From contig CALHSW010000029.1 of the NCBI GenBank assembly GCA_938038735.1, forward strand, positions 39,829 to 103,828: a stretch of DNA of 64,000 bases. Direction: 5' to 3'. Of the stretch, positions 10,689-20,330 are shown piece by piece. Position 1 is the first letter of the stretch. Each line of letters starts with the position of its first letter. A program made the position numbers and the translations under genes. The notes beneath the pieces are model-generated. The model saw only the letters and a list, made by a program, of their open reading frames with translations. It did not search any database and was not told the origin of the DNA. The stretch comes from an uncultured Bacteroidia bacterium. Its GTDB lineage: Bacteria; Bacteroidota; Bacteroidia; Bacteroidales; CAJPTX01.

Positions 10689-12335
10689 ATGAAAAGGGAA
10701 ACTGTGATGGAAAGAGCGGCTTTTCGGTGCGTAAAGGTGGTGCTGCTGGTGCTGTTGCTAACAGCTGGCGGAGGCGTGTATGGACAAAAACCTCGCTATA
10801 ATAAGCCGAAGCAGCCAACGTTGGTGCGTTTGGAGACGAATATGGAGACCAATCGCGTGACGATTTATTTTATACCGGCGCAGTTCCATACAGACTACGT
10901 CAACGCAGAAGGAACTGTAATCTACCGGCGTAAGATGGTAGACGGTGCGGAGGATTGGGAAGAGATAGGTCGTGTTCCAGGTGCGGGCGTGTCCAATGTA
11001 TTGCCCTACGTAGATAGAGACGCAGATATTTCACAGGGGCCTCAAGCCTATAGATTAGCATCGTACTCAAGCGAGGGGAATTCCGCAATGACCGATTCCC
11101 ACGAGACGATGTTTCTGCGTTGCACGTACGATTCTTGCCGGGATGAGGTGCATCTCACATGGAATGATTACAAGGGGTGGGATAATAAATTTACGCAGTA
11201 CCTTGTATGCGAGGTGAATAGCGGGTCAATCATACAAGAGTCAAATTACATTGCTACCATAGCTAATGCACCAGGCTATCGCACAGAGTTTAAAAAGGAG
11301 CAACTGAAGCGAGAATCAACGTATTACTACGCGGTGCAGATACAGCGGACCCCAGAAGAGGGAGAGAGGTTTCCCGATGGGAAGCCGAGGTACGACTGCT
11401 GGAGCAATAAGATATCGTTTTCAACCCGAAAGCTGATAAAACCGCGGCTAGTGATTGATAGCGTTATGGGTCAAGCTGGGGCGAATCGAGTGCTCTACAC
11501 CATCGATGCTGCGGCGAAGGTGAAGCAGTTTGAGTTGATTTCACGTCGGGATACCACTGCTGGACCGACGATGTGGACAACGTTGGATACATTTGAGGAT
11601 AAAAGCCAGGGATTGACAATAGATGCATCGGAGGGGGTAAATTCCACCAGCCGAAACTACCTGTTGCGTGCCATTGATGCGTGCGATCAAGAGGTATCTC
11701 GTTCGCATGACCTTAACAGCATGGTGGTTCGGATTACGGCGAAGGAGGATCATAACTACATTACGTTTAATAAGCTCCTTGTTCCTCCTGGGTCACAGCC
11801 GGAGTATCGACTGCACAGAATAATTGAGCGCAACGGAGAGGATGTGGACGAGGAGCTGAAAGTGTTTGTAGGGGATAGTGAGCCCCTTGAGTATGAAGAT
11901 CCGACAGATCTACCATCGTTTCGGGGGATGAATTTTTTGGCAAAGTACCGATACTACGTCAAGGTGCGAGAGTTGCCGAGCGGCAAGAGCGGTATTGACC
12001 GTGGGCGCAGCGCGGTGGACAGCTGCTTCGTAGAGCCAAAAATCGTGTTGCCAACGGCGATAGCCCCACGTCCAACCGATGGGGGGCCTACGGCGGAGGG
12101 GAAGCGGATGGAGTTTAAACCCCTATCAAGCGGCACAACCCCCTACGAAATAACGATATACAATCGGGCAGGACAGGTGATATTCCATAAGGAGAACGAG
12201 CCGTGGACGGGGCGGCTCCCCAATGGGCAATATGCGCCAGCGGGGGCGTATGTTTACAACGTAAAGCTGAAAGCGGTGGGGTATAAGACGATAGAGCAGA
12301 CAGGAAGCCTAATGGTAGTGTATCCCATAAAGTAA
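10689..12335 (+). CDS. T9SS type B (gliding-motility-type) C-terminal sorting domain protein
   Basis: Signal sequence VKVVLLVLLLTAGGGVYGQ. The C-terminus YEITIYNRAGQVIFHKENEPWTGR..GAYVYNVKL..GSLMVVYPIK fits the CHU_C / type B sorting domain. Confidence 0.7.
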   Translation: MKRETVMERAAFRCVKVVLLVLLLTAGGGVYGQKPRYNKPKQPTLVRLETNMETNRVTIYFIPAQFHTDYVNAEGTVIYRRKMVDGAEDWEEIGRVPGAGVSNVLPYVDRDADISQGPQAYRLASYSSEGNSAMTDSHETMFLRCTYDSCRDEVHLTWNDYKGWDNKFTQYLVCEVNSGSIIQESNYIATIANAPGYRTEFKKEQLKRESTYYYAVQIQRTPEEGERFPDGKPRYDCWSNKISFSTRKLIKPRLVIDSVMGQAGANRVLYTIDAAAKVKQFELISRRDTTAGPTMWTTLDTFEDKSQGLTIDASEGVNSTSRNYLLRAIDACDQEVSRSHDLNSMVVRITAKEDHNYITFNKLLVPPGSQPEYRLHRIIERNGEDVDEELKVFVGDSEPLEYEDPTDLPSFRGMNFLAKYRYYVKVRELPSGKSGIDRGRSAVDSCFVEPKIVLPTAIAPRPTDGGPTAEGKRMEFKPLSSGTTPYEITIYNRAGQVIFHKENEPWTGRLPNGQYAPAGAYVYNVKLKAVGYKTIEQTGSLMVVYPIK

Positions 12336-12357
12336 TGCCGTTGCGTGGAGGGGAGAG

Positions 12358-14574
12358 ATGGAGATAGAAGAGAAGCGTTGGACCCCGGAGAAGCAGGCCC
12401 TGATTGATGCGGCGTACGCAGACCTGCTCTCGGCGGCGGTGTATAGCCAGTCGGAAGATGATAGAGCGTTGATTGATAAGGCGTTTCGCCTTGCGAATTC
12501 GGCGCATTTTGGCGTGGTGCGTAAAAGCGGTGAACCCTACATACTCCATCCGATCGCCGTGGCGAAGTTGGTGACCAAGGTGCTGCCGGGCGATGCGGAG
12601 TCAATAGTCTGCGCACTGCTGCACGACGTGGTGGAGGATACAGACTATACTATAGATGACATTAAACGGGAATTCAATCCTAGCATTGCAGTTATTGTCA
12701 ATGGGTTGACAAAGATTGATAAGTTCGTAGAGAGCAGCGGTACGAAGCAGACGGTGAACTTTCAGAAGCTTATCAACACGATAGAGGATGATTTCCGTAC
12801 AATATTTATAAAGCTGGCGGATAGATTGCATAATATGCAGACCCTCAGCTCGATGAGCGAGGAGAAGCAGAAGCGCATAGCCAGCGAGACTACCTACTTC
12901 TACGCGCCGATAGCGGAGCGGCTTGGGCTATATGACTTCAAGACGCAGCTAGAGGATTTGGCGTTCCGCTATCGAAGCCCCAGGGAGTATGCAGAGATAG
13001 AGCAGAAGCTGCAGCTGAGCAAGGAGCAGCTGATCAATCGAATAAATAGTTTTGCCCGCCCGATAAGTTCAAAGCTTGTGCAGAGCGGCATGGAGTTTAG
13101 CGTGTCGAGCCGATCAAAGTCGATTTACTCGATATGGAATAAGATGCAGCGCAAAGGGGTGACTTTTGAGGAGATATATGATTTGCTGGCGATGCGCATC
13201 GTGTTCACCCCCAAGGAGGGGATACCCGAAAAGACGCAGTGTTGGTTCATCTATTCAGTCATCACGGATATATACCCCGTGCTGCGCGACAGGACGCGCG
13301 ATTGGGTGTCAACGCCGAAGGTGAATGGCTACGAGGCGTTGCAGTGCACGTTGCTGAGTAAGTCGGGCAATTGGATAGAGGTGCAGATTCGTACGGATCG
13401 GATGAACGCAATAGCCGAGAATGGGCTGGCGGCGCATTGGAAATACAAAGGGGATAATTTTGCGGATAGCTACGCAAAGCTTTTTGAGTCGCTGCGTTCG
13501 CAGGTGACGCAGGTGCAATCGGCGCCATATAAAAATGCGACGGATTTCGTGACGAATATCCAAGCGGCGCTGTTGGTGCAACAGATACGTGTGTTTGATG
13601 GGGCGGGAAAGGAGTATAACATATCCCGTCAATCCACAGTGCTTGATTTCGCTTACATGCAGTCTGTGCAGATAGGGAATAGGGCGATAGGTGCGCGGGT
13701 GGATGGTAAGTTCCAGCAGCTGAATAGTAGGTTGCGGGGAGGTGAAACAGTAGAAATACTCACGACGCGCTCGCAGATGCCCTCGCCGAAGTGGCTAGAT
13801 TTTGTGCAGACATCGTTGGCGAAGAACAATATAAATCAGAGCATTCAGGATCAGCGGCGTGCGTTGGTAGAGACGGGGCGGCGGCGGGTGATGGAGGTTT
13901 GTAGCCAGGTGCCAGGGGAGGTTGACGAGGTAAAGCTTGATGAAGTGCTTCCGAAGTTTGGGGTTATAGGGCTGGAGGAGCTGTACGTAGGGGTGGCGCT
14001 GGGCGATATAAATCTGCGTATACTGAGGCGGAGTCTGCGGGTTGACAGGTTAAGAATGGTGATGCAGAAGGGAATTGCCTCGTGTTTGCGGCAGGGCAGA
14101 TCGACAAGGCGGGGTGCGGCAGAGGCGGAGGACGAGTCGGGTGTGCGCTACGAGGTGCTACAGTCGCCCTGTTGCAATGCGTTGCCTGGGGATGAAGTGG
14201 TGGTGTTCAAGCGTAATGAGCAGACGGTGGAAGCGCATCGCACGTTGTGCAACGAGGCGGTGAGGCTCTCGGCGCAGCAAGGGGATAAGTTGGTGAAAGT
14301 AAAGTGGCTTCCATCAAAGGAGCAGCGCTACACGGCGCAGTTTTACTTAGAGGGGCGCGATGGGCAAGGGCTGCTTGAAAATCTTTTTAAGAGCATAGCC
14401 ACGAATATAGCAGTGGATGTGCACAAGGTGGACATGCAGAGCGATGGGTTTAGTTTTCATGGTGTTATCTCAGTGCATGTGAGGGATTTGGCGGAGCTTG
14501 GGGTGGTAATGCAGGCGGCAAATAAAGTTCCTGGGGTGTTGAAGGTAACCCGGGTGTTGAGTAGCCCAAAGTAG
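12358..14574 (+). CDS. Bifunctional (p)ppGpp synthetase/hydrolase, RelA/SpoT (RSH) family
   Basis: HD hydrolase motif LLHDVVEDT, a synthetase segment, and TGS- and ACT-like C-terminal regions. 738 aa. Confidence 0.9.
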   Translation: MEIEEKRWTPEKQALIDAAYADLLSAAVYSQSEDDRALIDKAFRLANSAHFGVVRKSGEPYILHPIAVAKLVTKVLPGDAESIVCALLHDVVEDTDYTIDDIKREFNPSIAVIVNGLTKIDKFVESSGTKQTVNFQKLINTIEDDFRTIFIKLADRLHNMQTLSSMSEEKQKRIASETTYFYAPIAERLGLYDFKTQLEDLAFRYRSPREYAEIEQKLQLSKEQLINRINSFARPISSKLVQSGMEFSVSSRSKSIYSIWNKMQRKGVTFEEIYDLLAMRIVFTPKEGIPEKTQCWFIYSVITDIYPVLRDRTRDWVSTPKVNGYEALQCTLLSKSGNWIEVQIRTDRMNAIAENGLAAHWKYKGDNFADSYAKLFESLRSQVTQVQSAPYKNATDFVTNIQAALLVQQIRVFDGAGKEYNISRQSTVLDFAYMQSVQIGNRAIGARVDGKFQQLNSRLRGGETVEILTTRSQMPSPKWLDFVQTSLAKNNINQSIQDQRRALVETGRRRVMEVCSQVPGEVDEVKLDEVLPKFGVIGLEELYVGVALGDINLRILRRSLRVDRLRMVMQKGIASCLRQGRSTRRGAAEAEDESGVRYEVLQSPCCNALPGDEVVVFKRNEQTVEAHRTLCNEAVRLSAQQGDKLVKVKWLPSKEQRYTAQFYLEGRDGQGLLENLFKSIATNIAVDVHKVDMQSDGFSFHGVISVHVRDLAELGVVMQAANKVPGVLKVTRVLSSPK

Positions 14575-14751
14575 AGGAAGAGTACGGGCTACGGTGAGTA
14601 GCTAGTTTTTGGAGTGGAGAGTTGTCCGTGCAGAGATTGCTATGAGCGGTTGCCTGCACTATGGAGGGGAGAATCGCCATGTATGACAAAATCCTCACGG
14701 AGACTTTGCAAGGGGAGCGTGACGATTGGCTTGTGAGTGGAAAGATTTTTT

Positions 14752-14759
14752 TATCTTTG
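14752..14759 (+). promoter_or_regulatory. -7 box TATCTTTG upstream of tmRNA
   Basis: TAnnTTTG match ~50 nt upstream of the mature tmRNA 5' end. Confidence 0.5.
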
Positions 14760-14810
14760 CGTCTAGAAAAGAGGGAGTGGAATCAGAGGGGAAGGGGTCT
14801 TTGACATAGA

Positions 14811-15218
14811 GGGGCTGACTTAGGTTTTGACAGCAAGTAGAATGGGTGGGTAAGCATGCCGAGTGACTGCGTTGTACTCGTAAAACAGGATGCAGAGAAC
14901 CAATAAGTGGCAATGATTACAATTTTGCTCTCGCTGCTTAGTAATTGCTCAGCAATACTATCTTAATCGCTCCGCGGAAGGTGGGGCGACGAGATGTCTC
15001 TCGGGGCGTACGGTTCTGTTTCGCTCCGAAACGAGGCACCATACCGACAGAACTAGCTGCGCGTAGCGTCTCGGATGCGCAGCGAAACTAAGAGACCACG
15101 GATACGGTTTTGGGTGCCCTGCGCCAGCCATATCCCGGCAATTAAGCCAGGGCTAAGCATGTAGAAAGCTTGCTGGTTCCTTGTTTGGACGCGGGTTCGA
15201 CTCCCGCCAGCTCCACAA
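14811..15218 (+). ncRNA. ssrA: tmRNA (transfer-messenger RNA)
   Basis: 5' GGGGCTGA pairs with 3' CAGCTCC. The T-arm GGACGCGGGTTCGACTCCCGCC is canonical. The internal tag ORF GGC AAT GAT TAC AAT TTT GCT CTC GCT GCT TAG TAA (14909-14944) encodes GNDYNFALAA. Confidence 0.95.
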
Positions 15219-15340
15219 AAGTGCGCTTCGTGACGGATGGGCATACCCCATCGTGAGAGCGTAGGAGTAAGGCACTCCGTGCCGATGGCCGATGCGCAGA
15301 AGTGGGTAGGGATTCAACCTCTCTTTTTGAAGATAGAGCG

Positions 15341-17542
15341 ATGCGTATGGTAAAGAACATAATGAGTCTGCTGGCGATGGCGGCAGTGGTGCTGGTGGCA
15401 ACGGTGCAGAGGGGGCGTGGAGAGGAGCTAGGGATGGAGGATGTACTGCTGAACGATAAGTTGCTCTCCGTGGTGCGGAGCGAGGGCGGAAAGCCGTTCC
15501 CGCTAGATGGGGGGTACTATACTCGCATGGAGGCTGCGGGGATAGTGGTGGTAGATTATGAGACTGGAGCGGTGGTTGACACGCTGTGTCCATTCTCCGA
15601 GCTTAGGGGCGCGCTGGCGGAGAAACGTCCCTCAATGTATAGGGTTTCTCCCGATGGAAAATGGCTTCTCTTGGGATTCGATGCGAAACCCATCTATAGG
15701 CGTAGCGTTGAGTACAGCTATACGCTCTACAATCGGGAAAGAAAAGAGTTTTTCCCCATAGGGAGTGGGGAGGCGCGCGATGCAATGTTTTCGCCCGATG
15801 CGAAGCAGGTAGCCTACGTGGAGCAAAACAACCTTTACGTGGTTTCGCTAGGTAAAGCGGGGGCGGGTGTGCCGACCGCTGTGACGACTGATGGGTTGCG
15901 CAATTCCATAATCAATGGGCACACAGACTGGGTATATGAGGAGGAGTTCGCCTTTACGCGTGCTTTCGAATGGGCGCCAGATGGGGCGCACATAGCGTTT
16001 CTGCGCTTTGATGAACGTGCTGTGAAAGAGTACGTGATGCCGGTGTATGGGGAGGGACCATACCCCACGATGTATAGCTACAAGTACCCCAAGGTGGGGG
16101 AGAAAAATAGCGTGGTGACGCTGCACATCTACGATGTTAGGAGCGGGAAAACGCTGCGCGCCGATGTGGGGGAGGAGACGGATCAGTACATAGCCCGCCT
16201 GCAATGGATTTCTAAGGAACGGCTGCTGGCCCTCCGGCTTAATCGGGAGCAGAACTGTATGGATTTGCTGCTGGTGGAGGCTAAGAGCGGGCAGAGCCGT
16301 GTGGCGTTTCGTGAGCGAAACAACCGCTATGTGGAAGAGTCAGAGGATGCCACGGTGTGCGTGCTGCCTGGGGGTAAGCAATACGTGATTACGAGCGAGC
16401 GAGATGGATATCGCCACCTCTACCTGCAGAGCTTTAGCGATAGTACTAGTGCCAAGAAGCTGACGAAGGGCGAGGATGAGGTGCGGCAGGTATATGGCTA
16501 CGATGCGGCGAGAAATCGCATGGTTTATCAGCGCTACGCGGGGCCGCTGCGTACGGAGGTGTGTGCAGTTGGTGTGAAAGGCGGCAGAGAGGTGGTTCTC
16601 TCGAAGGAACGAGGAATGAATAGCGCGAGGTTTAGCGCAGACTATTCGCATTACGAGCTGAGCAATAGCACGTTGCAAAGTCCACCGAGGGTTTCAATAC
16701 ACAATGCCAATGGGAAAGAGTTGCGTTTGGTGGCGGATAACCACGAGGTGCGGATTGAGGCGGAGCGGCTGGGGCTGCCGCGCAAAGAGTTCTTTTCGTT
16801 CGTTACGCCGGAGGGGGTTCAGCTGAATGGGTATATGATTAAGCCTATGGATTTTGATGCCAAGCGCCGTTATCCAGTGCTTTTTGATCAGTACTCCGGT
16901 CCTAATTCCCAGCGGGTGCTGGACGAGTGGACCGTGGGGTGGAACGATTACATCGCTGCGCGGGGGTGTATAGTGGTGTGCGTGGATGGGCGTGGCACAG
17001 GGGGGCGGGGCGAAGAGTTTAGGAAGCAGACGTACGGGAAGCTAGGAGACCTGGAGAGTGCGGACCAGATTTCGGCGGCGCGTTACGTGGCATCTTTGCC
17101 GTATGTAGATGCTTCTAAGATTGGGATTTGGGGTTGGAGCTACGGGGGGTACATGTCATCGCTTTCGCTGTTCCGGGGGCAAGGGGTGTTCAAGATGGCG
17201 ATAGCCGTGGCGCCCGTGACGAATTGGCGGTACTACAACACAATATACACAGAACGCTACATGGGGCAGCTGTCGACCAATGCGGCGGGATACGATGCGT
17301 ACTGCCCGATAGGGTTTGCGCATTTGCTGCGGGGGGCGTTGCTAATCGTTCATGGCACAGGAGATGACAACGTTCATTATCAGAATAGTATGCAGCTGGC
17401 AAATGCGCTTATCGCAGCTGGGCGTGATTTTGATATGATAACCTACCCCGATAGGAATCATTCAATAAATACGGAGGGGGCGAGGATGCATTTATATAGG
17501 CACTTAACGCAGTACGTGGAGAGGCATCTGTTTGGGGAGTAG
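15341..17542 (+). CDS. dpp4: Dipeptidyl-peptidase IV (S9B family serine peptidase)
   Basis: Catalytic GWSYGG nucleophile elbow, a beta-propeller N-terminal half, and a C-terminal DDNVH..DRNH triad context. Signal peptide from ATG 15341. Confidence 0.9.
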   Translation: MRMVKNIMSLLAMAAVVLVATVQRGRGEELGMEDVLLNDKLLSVVRSEGGKPFPLDGGYYTRMEAAGIVVVDYETGAVVDTLCPFSELRGALAEKRPSMYRVSPDGKWLLLGFDAKPIYRRSVEYSYTLYNRERKEFFPIGSGEARDAMFSPDAKQVAYVEQNNLYVVSLGKAGAGVPTAVTTDGLRNSIINGHTDWVYEEEFAFTRAFEWAPDGAHIAFLRFDERAVKEYVMPVYGEGPYPTMYSYKYPKVGEKNSVVTLHIYDVRSGKTLRADVGEETDQYIARLQWISKERLLALRLNREQNCMDLLLVEAKSGQSRVAFRERNNRYVEESEDATVCVLPGGKQYVITSERDGYRHLYLQSFSDSTSAKKLTKGEDEVRQVYGYDAARNRMVYQRYAGPLRTEVCAVGVKGGREVVLSKERGMNSARFSADYSHYELSNSTLQSPPRVSIHNANGKELRLVADNHEVRIEAERLGLPRKEFFSFVTPEGVQLNGYMIKPMDFDAKRRYPVLFDQYSGPNSQRVLDEWTVGWNDYIAARGCIVVCVDGRGTGGRGEEFRKQTYGKLGDLESADQISAARYVASLPYVDASKIGIWGWSYGGYMSSLSLFRGQGVFKMAIAVAPVTNWRYYNTIYTERYMGQLSTNAAGYDAYCPIGFAHLLRGALLIVHGTGDDNVHYQNSMQLANALIAAGRDFDMITYPDRNHSINTEGARMHLYRHLTQYVERHLFGE

Positions 17543-17615
17543 GGAAGGTAACTAAAATGGCTGCGTTTCGTAAGAGAATGGAGGGTATGAGTGCTGTAAA
17601 AAGGAAGAGAATGCT

Positions 17616-18452
17616 ATGAAACGGAGAGTTATGGTGTTGTTGGTGTGCGCTGCGGCGGTACTGGGGGGCGTGGCGGTGACAAGTTGCGATAAAGTGGGAG
17701 AGGTTCTCTCAAACTTGGGGCTTTCAGATGATGACATTGTGAAAGGGCTGCGAACGGCGTTGGACTCGTCGGCCAATACGTCGGCAATGAACGCATCGAA
17801 AGTGAATGGCTTTTTGATGAATGAGTTGATAAAGATTGCAGCACCGCCCGAGGTGGTTCAGTTGAAAGAGGCGTTGGATGGAGTCGCGGCAAACTCAGCG
17901 GCTGATGGTGCTTTTTATCTACTTACTGGGCAGGATGCCAGTTCTTTTTTGGGAGATAAAATGGGAGATTTGGTGAAGAGCATAAATCGTGCAGCCGAAG
18001 AAGGGTCAAAAAAAGCATATCCTATTTTTCAAAAGGCGATTACGGACATGACGATTACGGATGGGTTGAGGATACTGCAGGGGGGAGAGACATCGGCGAC
18101 GGATTATCTTAAGGAAAAAACGTACAGGGCGTTGGTGGAGGCGTTCACAGAGCCTGTGAGAAAGGTAGTGGATAATGGAGAAGTATCTAGCCTGTGGAAA
18201 CCGGTGGCGAAGGAGTATAACCGCATAGGTCCGCTTGTAAGCGGGAGGTCTCTTAAGGGGTATACGTTCGTAGGACCAGAGAGTGTCAACCCGGACTTGT
18301 CAGAGTACATTACAGAGCAGGCAATGGCAGGTCTGTTTAAGCTTGTTGCACAGGAAGAGGCGGCGATACGGAAAAATCCGAAGAAGTACGCATCAGATAT
18401 AATTCAAAAGGTGTTCGGGTCGCCCGAGGCGAAAACGGCGTTGAATAAATAG
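17616..18452 (+). CDS. DUF4197-like lipoprotein
   Basis: Lipobox LGGVAVTSC. The IVKGLRTALDSS..GFLMNELIKIAAPPE pattern resembles DUF4197. Confidence 0.55.
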   Translation: MKRRVMVLLVCAAAVLGGVAVTSCDKVGEVLSNLGLSDDDIVKGLRTALDSSANTSAMNASKVNGFLMNELIKIAAPPEVVQLKEALDGVAANSAADGAFYLLTGQDASSFLGDKMGDLVKSINRAAEEGSKKAYPIFQKAITDMTITDGLRILQGGETSATDYLKEKTYRALVEAFTEPVRKVVDNGEVSSLWKPVAKEYNRIGPLVSGRSLKGYTFVGPESVNPDLSEYITEQAMAGLFKLVAQEEAAIRKNPKKYASDIIQKVFGSPEAKTALNK

Positions 18453-18512
18453 GCACAGAAAAGCTAGCAGTTACTTGTTGGAATTGATACTGAAAGAAGA
18501 GGACTAGGAGCG

Positions 18513-19718
18513 ATGAATGAGATAAATAGAGTTGGGGAAAGCACGTATTGGATTGGAGTAGAGGATAGGAAGTCGGCGTTGTTTGAGAGGCTATGGCCTA
18601 TGCCTATGGGCGTGGCGTACAACAGCTATTTAATTCTGGGGTCGGAGAAAACGGCATTGGTGGATGCAGTACCCGATGGTGCCGAGGGGCGTTTCCTTGA
18701 TCGCATTGCGCATCTGTTGAATGGGAGGCAATTGGATTATTTGGTGATAAACCACATGGAGCCGGACCATTCGGGGAGTATTCCGGGCGTTCTTGAACGT
18801 TTCCCAGGCGTGACGCTACTGGGCAACAAACAAACAAAGCGTATAATGGAGGGATACCAGCTGAGCCTTGATCATTTTCAGATGGTCAGTGATGGGGAGG
18901 AGGTTTCGTTGGGGAATATTACTTTGCGTTTTGTCCTAACCCCTTGGGTGCATTGGCCCGAGACCATGATGACGTACCTGGTAGAGGAGGGGATACTCTT
19001 TTCTGGCGATGCGTTTGGGGCGTTTGGGGCGCATGATGGGGCATTGTTTGATGATGAGTATAACTTTGAGAAGGTGCAGGGGGAGATGCGCCGATACTAC
19101 AGCAACATCGTGGGGAAGTACGGGAAGTTTGTGCAGCGTGCGATGAAGAAGCTGTCGGGGGTTGCGGTAAAGATGATATGCTCGACGCATGGGCCGATAT
19201 GGCGGAGCCACGTTGATTGGGTGCTTAAGAAATATGACATGTACAGCCGGCAGGAGGGCGAGCCAGGGGTGGTGATGGCGGTGGCCTCGATGTACGGCAG
19301 TACGATGCAGCTGGGAGAATACATAGCTCGCCGGTTGGCGGTGGAGGGAGTGAAGCGCATTGCGCTGCATGACGTTAGCACATCGCATATGTCGTACATA
19401 GTGAACGATGTGTGGAAGTATAATGGGCTGGTGCTTGGTTCGGTAACCTATAATATGGGATTGTTTCCCCTGATGCAGGCTCTATGCGATGAACTTTTGG
19501 GGCTCGGCGTGCAGAATAAGGAGTTGGCACTGTTCGGCTCGGGAAGCTGGGGGGGCGGTTCGCTTGCGCTGCTGGAGCGTTTCGCAGAGAAGGCGCAGAT
19601 GAAGCCAGTGGTGGAGTCGGTGGAGATGATAGGGCGGCCATCGGCAGAAGTGTACCGGAAGTGCGATGAGTTGGCAGCTGGTCTGGCGGAGAGGGTGTTG
19701 GCGCAGCGAGAGAACTAG
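18513..19718 (+). CDS. FprA-type flavodiiron protein (metallo-beta-lactamase plus flavodoxin domains)
   Basis: Di-iron motif NHMEPDHSGS, about 400 aa, flavodoxin-like C-terminal third. Confidence 0.85.
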   Translation: MNEINRVGESTYWIGVEDRKSALFERLWPMPMGVAYNSYLILGSEKTALVDAVPDGAEGRFLDRIAHLLNGRQLDYLVINHMEPDHSGSIPGVLERFPGVTLLGNKQTKRIMEGYQLSLDHFQMVSDGEEVSLGNITLRFVLTPWVHWPETMMTYLVEEGILFSGDAFGAFGAHDGALFDDEYNFEKVQGEMRRYYSNIVGKYGKFVQRAMKKLSGVAVKMICSTHGPIWRSHVDWVLKKYDMYSRQEGEPGVVMAVASMYGSTMQLGEYIARRLAVEGVKRIALHDVSTSHMSYIVNDVWKYNGLVLGSVTYNMGLFPLMQALCDELLGLGVQNKELALFGSGSWGGGSLALLERFAEKAQMKPVVESVEMIGRPSAEVYRKCDELAAGLAERVLAQREN

Positions 19719-19724
19719 AGGGGT

Positions 19725-20297
19725 ATGCGAGCCGATACTCTACTTGGTCGTTTCCAAAGGAGTGCCTTATTGCTGTCGTTGCTGGTGGTAGGTTCTTTCG
19801 TGTCGCATGCGCAGCAGCAGTCGCCGCCCACGCCAATGGAGCGATTGGAGAAGGCGCAAGCCCGTGTGGATGAGGGGAATAGACGGATTCAGGATGCGCT
19901 GCAGATGATTTCCGAAGGGGAGGCGATGTATAAGAGTGGAAAGGCTGAGGTGAAAAACTACGAGAAGCAGCTCAAACAGAGGGAGAAAGCCCACATGCGT
20001 GAGGCGAAGGAGTTGTTGCGTCGCGCAGAAACCGATGACAAGGAGGAGCGAGCAGTAGTGCGTGAGGAGATGAAGGGGGTGAAGGAGAGCTTTCGACGCG
20101 ATACGCGGGAGATAAGGGGTAGCCTGAAGGGGGCAATGAAAGAGCAACGCAACGGCGAGAAGCTGATGGAGCGCGGGAAGAAGAAGTTGAAGAAAGCGAA
20201 GGGGTTCCTTTCCTCTGCGCAGGCGAAGCTTAAAGAGACGGAGAAGCAGAATAGGGAGCGAGAGGAGAAAATGCTGTCGGTAGAAGGGCGGCGTTAG
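19725..20297 (+). CDS. Secreted K/E/R-rich coiled-coil protein, function unknown
   Basis: Signal peptide ALLLSLLVVGSFVSHAQQ followed by a low-complexity charged helical sequence. Confidence 0.5.
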   Translation: MRADTLLGRFQRSALLLSLLVVGSFVSHAQQQSPPTPMERLEKAQARVDEGNRRIQDALQMISEGEAMYKSGKAEVKNYEKQLKQREKAHMREAKELLRRAETDDKEERAVVREEMKGVKESFRRDTREIRGSLKGAMKEQRNGEKLMERGKKKLKKAKGFLSSAQAKLKETEKQNREREEKMLSVEGRR

Positions 20298-20330
20298 GGA
20301 GCAATCTAAACGGCAAGAGTAGGGTAAGTA

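Noticed and set aside
15219-15340. Genomic island integrated at the 3' end of tmRNA, and similarly at tRNA-Arg 23990-24128 and tRNA-Pro 51393-51618
   Set aside because: No integrase, direct repeat of the RNA 3' end or foreign gene follows. The downstream genes are ordinary chromosomal genes.
19515-19535. TGGCAC-containing sequence considered as a sigma-54 -24/-12 promoter
   Set aside because: It lies inside the flavodiiron gene, and the -12 element reads GGCT rather than TTGC.
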